Assembly: GCA_951406725.2 (NCBI GenBank)
Contig: OX597817.1
Location: 72,664,001-72,728,000, forward strand
DNA: 64,000 nt
DNA from: Octopus vulgaris
Lineage: Eukaryota
Direction: 5' to 3'
Position numbers and translations under genes: made by a program. Positions 13,703-24,341 of the stretch are shown here, piece by piece; the stretch's first letter is position 1; every line of letters starts with the position of its first letter. Under the pieces are notes generated by a model. That model saw only the letters and a list, made by a program, of their open reading frames with translations, ran no database searches and was not told the DNA's origin.

Positions 13703-13705
<3 letters not shown>
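12120..13705 (-). mobile_element. Decayed Penelope-like retroelement (RT plus Cys linker) with inverted terminal (pLTR-like) segment
   Basis: FYGLPKIHKS, MGTKAA..., RYLDDCF and CGRPNCGTC in shifted frames; 16-nt inverted repeat ctttatttaaagcagc/gctgctttaaataaag at the distal end. Confidence 0.85.
13633..13670 (+). ncRNA. Minimal type-I hammerhead-like motif in the Penelope terminal segment
   Basis: ctgt-CCGATGA-acagcaacgg-GAAAC-tcaga-GTA-acag; stem I ctgt/acag, palindromic stem III; core U4C variant and weak stem II. Confidence 0.5.
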
Positions 13706-13770
<65 letters not shown>

Positions 13771-14592
13771 TTGTACCTCCTTACCTTCATTCACTTGACA
13801 TCATGTGATAGTTCTAAACGGTTTTCTTTCAGTTTTAATTTACCAAATCTACCCACAAGAATTTTATCAGCTCAAGGATATAGTTGAAAACACTTGCCAA
13901 AGCTGTCATGCAGTGAAATTAAACCCAAAACTACAAGGTTGGGAAGCAAATTTCTTAACTATACAGCCATTACCTGTGTCTATAACATTATCAGGTAAAA
14001 GTTTGTCCTTACTACACTTCTGAGTGTAAAGCAATAAGTGGAAATGGTAGAGAAAACAAACACATACATAAAATATGTTCAATTAAATGATTATCTACAA
14101 AGACATGTTGCATTATACAAAAATGTTTGTTATTGCTTGTTAAAAGGTTTGAATTATCATCATCATAACATCCACTTTTCCACATCTGAAAGTTAGAGAA
14201 AACATTTTGAAGCAGGTTTTCTACAGCCAGATGCTCTTTCTGTCATTAACCCTTAACCTGTTTCCAAGCAAGATATTTTCTCTTACCCTTCAAATAACAA
14301 AGAATCAATGATCGGGACATATTTACAGGGAAATTTGTAAACAAAGAACTCTTATGAACAGTGACTATTTTCGATCACATATGACAGGCTTCTCAGTTTC
14401 CATCTACCAAATTCATTGATCAACACAGGAATATAATAGAAGACCCTTGCCAACAGTACTATGCAGTGGGACTGAACTCAAAAACACATAGTTGTAAAAC
14501 GAATTTCATTCAATTATTATAGAAATAACCATACTATTTGTACCATTTCCATGCAATAAACTATAAAAAAAAACTCAAAAGAATAAACTTAC

Positions 14593-14753
14593 ATTTTTGG
14601 CTTTAACTGGTTTTGCTTCTTGAACTATAGAGCCTTGAAAACGTTCCTCACTTAAAATTTCTTGAGAGGATACGCCAGGGTCAATTTTTATCACAGAACA
14701 TGCAATCCGCTTCCCAGTTCGTCGATCATACGACAACTGAAACTCAACAGGAT
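14593..14753 (-). CDS. CSDE1: CSDE1 coding exon 4 (DPVEFQLSYDRRTGKRIACSV...KPVKAKN)
   Basis: DxVEF..DRRTGK typical of the Unr CSD1 end; tatgtag| and |gtaagt; 161 nt, phase 1/0. Confidence 0.95.
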
Positions 14754-15597
14754 CTACATAAAGAAATGGAAAATGAATAGCTTTAAGAAATTAAAGAAAT
14801 TAACCACAAGCTTTTCAGTTTTGATATTTTTAAATCCAAATTATTAAAATGAGTTAATAAGATTCCTAGAATATAGTTATCCTCATCTTTCAAGTGTACA
14901 TTTATCTACATTACATTCCGATAAATTTGATCTCAAATTGTTAAGATATAATTTTTGGATGCATACATAATCCCAGACTGGATTTGAACCCAAAGAATTA
15001 GCACTCACAACCTACAGTGACAGTAAGTACACAACATGATATACAACCCTCACACTTTACCTTTATCGAGTCAACAACTATCCTCAAGTTTCTACCATCT
15101 TCCCTGTTCATAAAGTGGTGTTACTCAGCTACCATCTACATAAACTTTCTGTACATCATTTATCATGAGTTTCTCCTAACATAGACCATATTCTCTGGGG
15201 TTAAAGAGTCATGGCATAGTGTCACACAACCAACCACTTCATTTTCCATGTTTTGATAATCATCAAAAAAATATATATAGATGTTCTAAAATACTATTAA
15301 ATTTCATTCAATTTTAAAAAAGGTAAAATCGGACAGAACTAATGGGATGACCTGGTAAAAGGCGTTATAAAAAAAATTATTTATATATCATGATGTACCA
15401 AAAACATGGTTAGAGATGGCAGCTGATTCTATGGTAGAAACTTTCAGGTGATAGGCTAAAAGTGAGAACTGTCAAAGGTAAACAGAGCCATCCATCTTCT
15501 CAAAGTTCATAATATATAGTTTTACACACACACACACACAATTTGATGTAGTTCTGTACACTGCATTGTAGTTGAGTTATAGAAAGCATCACCTTAC

Positions 15598-15694
15598 CTC
15601 CAACTTTGACATTCTCCGCATTACCACTGTATTCACTGAAGTGAAAGAAAACTCTTGACTCTCTTTCGTTACACTGAATAAAACCATAGGAATG
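15598..15694 (-). CDS. CSDE1: CSDE1 coding exon 3 (HSYGFIQCNERESRVFFHFSEYSGNAENVKVG), CSD1 RNP1/RNP2 motifs
   Basis: YGFI and FFH cold-shock motifs; cttcag| and G|gtaag; 97 nt, phase 0/1. Confidence 0.96.
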
Positions 15695-17070
15695 CTGAAG
15701 AGACAAAAGAAAATTAGAATCATAGAAATAGTCTTTTTTCAAATGGCAAGAGTTAAATATTAGTTTCAAATTTTGGCACAAGACAAGCAATTCCAGGGAA
15801 GCTGGTTAAGTCGATTACATCAACCCTAGTACCCAAATGATACTTATCAACCCCAAAAGGATAAATGACAAAGTCAACCTCAACAGAATTTGAACTCAGA
15901 ACATAAGGACAGATGAAATGCTACTAAGCATTTCCCCCTGTAAGCTAATGATTCTGCCAGCTCGCCACCATTATTACAATATGAAATAATACCTGTTACT
16001 TTTTCTAATAAGACTTAGAGGCGAAAGGGCAGCAGCCATGATTTAATTTTTTTTTTTTTTTTTGCAGAGCCTCCAAGACTGGTGGGGCGCAAAAGAAACC
16101 ATGACTTGTGGATTACTGTCAGCAGCGCACCACTATAGAACAATTTGTTTTTAAACACTGATGCAAAAATTATAAAATTTAATTTATTTGTTATATATGT
16201 TGCTATCCTCAACAATTATTTTCCACTAAACAAGCTGATGAAGGAGTCTCTGAACGGTATGTTAACTTCTAAAAAAAATAGCTGCCAAATCTCCCTCAAA
16301 TCGGTGCCAGTGGCACATAAAAGCACCCACTACACTCTCAGAGTGGTTGGTGTTAGGAAGGGCATCCAGCTGTAGAAACTTTGCCAGATCAGACTGGAGC
16401 CTGGTGTAGCCTTCTGGCTCACTAGTCCTCAGTCAAACTGTCCAACCCATGCCAGCATGGAAAGTGTACATTAAACAACAGTGATAATCATGATATCCCA
16501 CAAAGAAGAAAAAAAAGAGAAAAATAAAGAGGATGCTCACAGCTAGAACACATTTATTCAAAGGTCTATTCAATCAGAGCTAATCTGAAGCTAAACAACA
16601 ACAATAATGGTTACTAATTTTGGCACAGAGCCAACAGTTTTTGAGTGGAGGGGAAGTCACTTACATCAACCGCATACTTGACTGGTTCTTATTTTATGAA
16701 CCCTGTGAAGACGGAAGGCAAAGTCAACCTCGGAAGAATTTGAGCTCAGAATGTAAACACTGACAAAATGCTGCTAAATATTTTGTCCAGCATGCTAATC
16801 ATTTTGCCTTCTCACTGCCTTAAGCAACAAGGAAAAAAATTAAACTAGTAATCATCTACAATAGCAAACAAGGGAAAAAATAGCAAATAATATTTGAAGA
16901 AGGGTTCTACCTGAAACATTACATCTTCTCTTGAAATCTAATTTAATGTTATTTTAAAGCAATAATTATACATTTGTTCTCCAATCACCCCATCATTTTC
17001 TGTCCATAAATACTGCAATACCCTCTACGTCTAGCATCAACTATTTCTGCCAATGTTCCACCACCATCAC

Positions 17071-17073
<3 letters not shown>

Positions 17074-17123
<50 letters not shown>

Positions 17124-17143
17124 TAGAGAGAGAGAGAGAGAGA
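17074..17143. repeat. (GA)n microsatellite; many (TA)n/(CA)n tracts elsewhere (e.g. 996-1049, 13704-13770, 51259-51309)
   Basis: Direct inspection. Confidence 0.95.
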
Positions 17144-18475
17144 GCTAAATTCAAGTAAAAATTTATAAATGTAGATATTTACAAATCAAATCTAAATTCA
17201 TAATGAAAAACTTAATAGTCTGCCAACTACTGCAGAAAAGACAAGTATTTATAGCCTTAGTTTACAAATATGATATAAGAATGCATAGAGGACGTGGTGA
17301 AGTACAAGTAAAATACATTTAAGATGAGGAAATTCCAGTCTATATAAGGATCTAAAACAATGCCAAATAAATTACTAAAAGTAAGCTTTTGCCAACAGAA
17401 CCCTCCCAACTCTGACTTACAGTTGGTTTAATGAAATAACCAGAAATTTGAAGTGATCTGTATTGACTGAGAGAATGGAAGACATTTTTGTTTTTAAACA
17501 GACAGTCACAATGCAGCCATGGCAAAGTAAGAAAGAAGTTTACTTTGCAAACAAATGGTTTGGGGTTCAGTGCCACTGCACAGCACCTTGGGCATGCTAT
17601 CTTCTACTATAGTCTAACTAATGCCTTGTGAATAAATTTGGTAGATGGAAACTGTACTAAGCCCATTGTGTGTGTGTGTGAGTGAGTGAGTGAGAGAGAG
17701 AGAGGGAGTTGATATTTCACTTCTTACTGTCTGAGTAGAGTGGTGGTGATGATATTGATATTCCTTGTTAATATTAAGACCTGTGGAATACCCAACTTCA
17801 CTTTATATTGTTCCTCTCCTGAAAGTTATTTTAAATATTATACCTAAATATAGGTACTTTTTCATACATTTTGTACCTAAATAATCATGCTTTTGTTTGA
17901 TTATTGTTAAACTTTTCATACAGTTTTGTATCCAATTCCTTCCAAATTAACGATTAATTAAACTTCTGTTCAAATCAAACCATTACACGATGTTCAGAAA
18001 GATATTAAAGACAGTTGTAATTCTTGAAAAATTGAATCAAATGTTTAGTACAGGGTGCTCTTTTACTTGTTTCAGTCATTAACCATGCTGGGTCCTTGAA
18101 GAATCTTTAGTCAAACGAATCGACTTCCAGTACTTCTTTCTTTTTAAGCCTGGAACTTATTCTATGGTTTTTTGTTTTTTTATTGCCGAACCACTAAGTT
18201 ACAGGGATGCAAACACACCAACACTGGTTGTCAAGCAGTGGGGGGGGGGAACAAACAGACACAATCTCACACACACACACAACAGGCTTCTTTCAGCTCT
18301 GTCTACCAAATCCAGTCACAAGGTACTCTGGCCAACTGAATACTATAGTAGAAGACACTTGCCCAATGTGCCAAGCAGTGAGATTGAACCAGGAACCGTG
18401 TGGTGGGGAAGCAAGGTTCTTGTCACACAGCCATTCCTGCACTTAAAGTTTAAAGAGGTATAAATTAATACTTAC

Positions 18476-18610
18476 CAGTAATTTTTCCACAAAGCCAGTT
18501 TGTCGAACTCCATTACTTGTGCCGTTAGGTGAAGTAGCAATTGAATTGTTTGTAGTTGGTGTTCTCTGGCTATAAAGAATGGAGGGATTCTGAGCTGGCG
18601 GCTGGAAATT
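18476..18610 (-). CDS. CSDE1: CSDE1 coding exon 2 (NFQPPAQNPS...NGVRQTGFVEKLL), start of CSD1
   Basis: ttgcag| acceptor, |gtaagt donor, 135 nt; resembles vertebrate Unr NGTS..RETGVIEKLL. Confidence 0.93.
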
Positions 18611-19204
18611 CTGCAATAAAAATGAAAAGGACATTTTATATGAAGTTTTAATCCAGAAATTTATCAGTCTTCATTTAACAGACTTTCTTTCACACTACTG
18701 TAAGTAATTTCTAAAGAGCTGTAGAGCTACAGAAGAAAGCTCCATATGGTCATGCAACCTACTAGAAACAGCAGCAAAATCTCTGATCACACCCTACTAT
18801 CATAATAAAGAACACAGAATAAGGCATCCAAGATAATCAGTTTCTAAATAAAAGACAGGGTGGTCACAACTAGAAGTCCTTTGATTATAGATCTACTTAA
18901 TCAGTCTTATCTAGGATTGAACAAAATCATTTCTAATAAGTAGCTTCAACTCAGATCTCGCAAAATGAACTAATAAGACAGTATGTCAATGAACGGCTCA
19001 ACTACTGAACCATTTCCCTAACACATAACCAAATGAACTGCTATGATAGAATTGTACATTCAAGAGAAAAAAATAAGGTTAATTTTTTTCTCTTGGTTGT
19101 TGCAGGTCATACCTTGTCAATATACATACTTTACAGATATGCTACACTCCATTTCAGACACATAACAGAATAACAGAAGAATGTTTAGAACTTAAACTTA
19201 GGAA

Positions 19205-19276
19205 ATTTTCTTCAGCAGATATCCAAGAAATTATGATTATATTATCATAATTTCTTGGATATCTGCTGAAGAAAAT
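19205..19276. repeat. Perfect 33-bp inverted repeat with 6-nt loop
   Basis: attttcttcagcagatatccaagaaattatgat-tatatt-atcataatttcttggatatctgctgaagaaaat. Confidence 0.95.
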
Positions 19277-20325
19277 AAATGATTTTCATTCACAAAAATT
19301 GTTGTTGATAATTAACCCCAAGTCAACCTTGAGTGAACCAACCTCTGAACAAAGATGGGATAATGCTGCCATGACTATCCCAGTTTTTCCTGGAGCATTG
19401 CATATCCAATGTGTGCCAACTTTTCCAAAAGAGTAGCACACAATTTGAGGGAAATTTGGATTGACCACTCAATAGTGTCCTCAATAGCTCACAAAATGGT
19501 TTTACAAACATTGATAAATAATATTAAGAGAAGCTATTTCATTTTTAATTATACTGGATACTATTACAATACAAAATATTTCCTTTCTACATGCGATGAA
19601 AAATTAGAGAATCCCTTTATTAACCATAAACGTGCTCCATCCTACCATCAACAGTAACTGCAATGCCAGAAAACTATTTTCAATGTCAGGCTTCATTAAC
19701 AGGGATATTCCAGACAGTGTATAAATTTTTTAACCAGTTAATGACACTTCCAACACAAAGAATTATTGTTTAGCACCATTTCAACCTCATCTATACTCAA
19801 AGACATTCAAACCATGACCACCCAGGATTTTTTTTTCAAGAACAGTGTACTCAGGATAAATCCTATATATACTCCTAACTGCATTATCCTGTGTCCTTTT
19901 TTAAGACAATACAATGGTTTGAATGAGAATTCGCTTCCATTTCTAGCATGTCAAGCAATCTCATAGAGACTGTTGCTTACTGGCTTGTGAATTTGTTAAG
20001 TTCCTTAATGAGGTAGAAATGTTCTAAAAGGTTATCAATTGATCTCAAATTCTGATCCATCTGTTATCATACACTGAAGATTAACATTAAATATTTTACA
20101 GGAGATATCAGATATGTCCACTCAAAATGTCATTACACTTAACTGTAGAAAGCAGTTTTATATACCAATCTATCTTTTGTTAAGGAATGTCATGCTTGAA
20201 ACTATGTTCTATTGAGATACATTAAGTTTACTAAGACTCAGTAGATATTTAATATCATTACTGGAATAACCATGACATTTAATTTCACAGTTAAAGGGTT
20301 AAATCAAGAAAAAATAGTCAAAACA

Positions 20326-20363
<38 letters not shown>

Positions 20364-20421
20364 CAGAGAGAGAGATAAAAAAAAAGGTGAAAAAACTGTT
20401 TGGAGAGGTAGTTTGACTAAC

Positions 20422-20460
20422 CTTCCACTGAGGACTAGTTGTTTTCCTTGAGTTAGACAT
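20422..20460 (-). CDS. CSDE1: CSDE1/Unr coding exon 1 (MSNSRKTTSPQWK); coding part of exon 20422-20714
   Basis: ATG at 20460 in context AAAACAATG, in-frame TAA 32 codons upstream, donor AAG|GTTAGT, phase 0 join to the next exon (NFQPP...). Confidence 0.8.
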
Positions 20461-20714
20461 TGTTTTGCCAAAAGTGATGTTGATTCTTTCAAAGAGGACA
20501 GGCAGACAGTAGTAAGTAATTATTTGTCTTTCTATCCCAGTCGAAGCCTTCCTTTATATACTGGAGACTCCTGACAATCCTCAGATGTGCAGTGTGTGCT
20601 AGTTTTTGAGGATTGGGCACTTCTTTTTTTTTAATCTTCACGCTTTCAGTCGTTGATGTTTTAACCCTTTTCGGCGGTTGCCAATGGGAAACCAGACCTT
20701 ATAATTGAAATGTG
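20461..20714 (-). other. CSDE1: 5'UTR part of CSDE1 exon 2 (254 nt, no ATG)
   Basis: Strong acceptor tttcttttttctcatttcag| with exon starting at 20714; unique non-repeat sequence contiguous with the start codon. Confidence 0.75.
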
Positions 20715-21489
20715 CTGAAATGAGAAAAAAGAAATGAACATTTGAATTTCAACATTTTCATATTCTTAAAGATTCCGTTTTCATATGGTTAGTATACACT
20801 TTCATAAAATATTTCAGACAAGCTCACAATCTTATGCAATGATAATATTTCAAGGTTGGTTATCTTCCAATAAAATGCTTTCTCTACTGCAAATGTATGC
20901 ATACGAAATATATAAAGTATTTGCAAATATTAAACCAAATTCTCTCAAGAAAAAGACCAGAAGAGAAACTAAATAGTTGAATGTCACCAGCCAGCTCATC
21001 TTTACTAATATAAGCACTACCATCAATACAGCCATTTTACATTCATTTTTCTTGTTGGCATGAGTCAGACTGGTTGTCACAGATCAAGTCAATTCTTATT
21101 TGAAGTTACTTATCTCCTAGACAAGCTGGAGAACCATGTCCTGCTCATTCATAAAATGGTATTTTTGCCTTGATTTCTACACTTAGACTTCCTATCACCA
21201 ATCACCTTACAGAAAGTACTGGCTACATTATATTGGAGCACCAACATTAGAGAATTTATCATATCTTCAACAAGATATAGGTACAGACTGTGCAGTTAGA
21301 AAGCTCACTTTACAACCATGTGGTTTCAGGTTCAGTCACGCTCCATGGAACCTTGGGCAAGTGTCTTTCAGTACAGCCCCAGGTCAACCAGTCACTTGGT
21401 GACTAAATTTGGCAGACAAAATCTGTGTAGAAGCCAGTTGTGTGTGTGTGTAAACATATATATATATATATACATATAAATAAACTGGA

Positions 21490-22175
21490 CCCTACCCCAT
21501 TCAGGTAAATGACCCTACTGAATATGTAGGAAAGGTGCAGGCAGGTATTCCACATGGTGTACCCAGTGCAAGCTATGGACACACAAGAGATGCAGTGGAA
21601 TAAAAGGAAATTTAACAGAAAATAGTGTTTGTATGAGGAAGATGCACAAGAGCCATAAACTCTACAGATACACAGGAAGTTTCTCGAATGCCCTGGAGGC
21701 TCTTTAGAAGTAGTAGATAATTTCTGCCACTTGTGTGACCAAATAAGCAGTAGAGGAGGATGTACCAAAAATGTAATTGCTAGAATAGGAATAGGATGCA
21801 GAAAGTTCTAAAAGCTTTTAACTCTGTTGGCAACCAAAGGTCTCTCTCTCTCTCAGTGAAAGGAAGGTTGTATGATGCATGTGTACAAACAACAATACCA
21901 AATGGTAGTGGCACATGGGCTTTGAATGCAGAGGAGATGCAAAGACTAGAAAGGAATGAAGCTAGTATGCGTTGCTGGATGTGCAATGTCAGTGTACATG
22001 CATGACAGAGCGCTAGAATATTGAGAGAAAAGTTGGTCATAAGAGGAATTAGATGCAATGTGGTTGGCATTAGGAAGGGCATCCAGCTGTAGAAACTATA
22101 CTAAAACAGACAATGGAGCCAAGTGCAGCCCCCGTCCAACCTATGCCAGCTTGGAAAACGGAGCTTAAATGAGGA
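21490..22175 (+). mobile_element. RTE-type LINE fragment
   Basis: SLSVKGRLYDACVQT...GSGTWAL...RLERNEASMRCWMCNVS. Confidence 0.8.
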
Positions 22176-24185
22176 TATATATGTGTGTGTATATATATAT
22201 ATATACACACACATATATGCACATATATCTCTTTGTCTATGTATTTGTATCCCAACATTGCTTAACAACTGGTGTTGGTTAATTTAGACCCCAATAACTA
22301 AGCAGTTCAGCAAAAAGAGACTGATACTTAAAAATTACAAGTACTGGAGTTGATTTGTTCAACTAAAAGCCCTTCAAGAGAGTGCCCACTATAGCTGCAG
22401 TCTAATGACTGAAACATGTAAAAGATAAGTTGCCCTCTCAATTTTACGTAGTCCCCATTTATTTGCTCACCACAAACCAAAATAGAGTATTAAGCCTGAT
22501 ATGTTATAAAGCATAATAAATGCAAGCCATCAACAGAGAGATAGAAATTGTTCAGAAGCACACATGTGTGTGTGTAAGTTTATGTTTATGGTATAAAAAC
22601 ATATGTAGTTTGTGTTTGTGTCCCTTTATGTCTTATAACTGAAGAGTTCAGCAAATATAGACTGATAAATGACAAACTGAAATAAGTAATGGACTTGATA
22701 TGATCAACTCAACCCTTGAGGGTGGTGCCCCAATATGGCTACAGTCCAATAACTTAAACGAATAAAAGAATACAGGTAAAAACTGGATGCGATTTTTAAC
22801 CTCTCTTACACCAACCTGCCTGCATCTACCCTTGACGCTATGATACAAATTCCCTATAATCTAAAATAAAACCTTCCATCAAAATTTCATGTTAATTTAT
22901 ATTCTAAACACTATATTAATAATGACAAAATTTAATGAATTATTTTCAAAATTAACTGAAGCAAATAATTGAAGCACAGACAATATTTTTCAAATATGGT
23001 AACAAAATATTCAAAACTAGAATATTGATTTTGAATACTAATTACTTCTGAGAAAACTGTTAAGCAAAATTTTTTCAAGATATCTTCCCCAGAAACTCAA
23101 AAATATTTAGTGTTTATAAACTGTTCAAAAGTTTAATAAATTGGTTTTCAGAAAATATCATTCTCCAAGACGTTTCTTCTCCCTCACTACAAACCACTTC
23201 TTCCATTTCTCAACTGTCTATGCTCACCAACTATCAATGTAGACTAGCAATATTTCTTCGAATCCTACAGTTTACAAAAATATTTAATTTGTCTTACACC
23301 ACCTGACAATTTATCTAGCTAATATTATGACTGGAAAGCTGGATTTTAAATCTTTCTCTTGTCAGTCAAAAACTGCAATTGGCTCTTTATAAATATGTTC
23401 ATATAGCTTTATTCATTTGCTTTATGTTCATTTTTCTATGCCGGCTTAGGTTGGATAGATACTTATCTGAGGCAGTATTTTACAGCTAGCTGCTCCTTCT
23501 ATAGCTAACCTTTACCTGTTTTACAAGATTTTTATTCAAAGTCATCTACATTAGTTTGGCATAAAAATTAGAATATAAAAGAAATAAAACCTTGAAAAAT
23601 CAATATTAGAGAATATAATTTTTAAAAATTATTTTAAACTATAATATATGATACTGAAATGCAAATATGACTACATTCTACACAGGTCTTCATTTTTAAA
23701 CAAGAAAAATACAATTAACAGCAATCAAAATATTGTAAGTACAGTGAGAAAATGAAGTAGAATGGATGTGTTATACATCCAGATGGTGCATCAGTTTATA
23801 GCTTAATTTTTATGAATATCCAAGATTTGCAGCTCTTCTTGCAAATACCGAAAACAAGAAGCACTATAGTAAGTATTACTTTTAAAAGGTAATGTTCTTA
23901 CATGAACAACATTGGCGCACATGATTAGTACTTATATAAACTTTGTACTGTGTTCTGTAGATAAGAAACAAATCTACTCCTGAACAGATTAGTGGCTTAT
24001 CACAAGTCACTCTCAAAGAAATGCTGCTATGGGTTCCAGAGAGATAGCCAAACTGAGATACAGACAATGAAAGGTGTCGTTCAACAACAGAAAGAAATCC
24101 CTGCAATGGATTTGAAATCATGTTCCAGGAGTGGGTAGCCATTCATTTACACAGAGCCCTTGAGCAAAGGAGGGAACTTCTACAC

Positions 24186-24341
24186 CAATGGTTCTCAGCT
24201 ATTTTTTGCTTATGTACCTCTTTGATTTCTATTTTATTCAAACGTCACTACAAACACAACCAATTTATTGCACTTCAATTTTGACAACAAGATCTTATAT
24301 GGATCCCCAAGGGTCATATGGATCCTGGCTGAGAACCATTG
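24186..24341. mobile_element. hAT MITE, same family as 5040-5299
   Basis: TIR caatggttctcagc / gctgagaaccattg; shared internal sequence. Confidence 0.75.
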
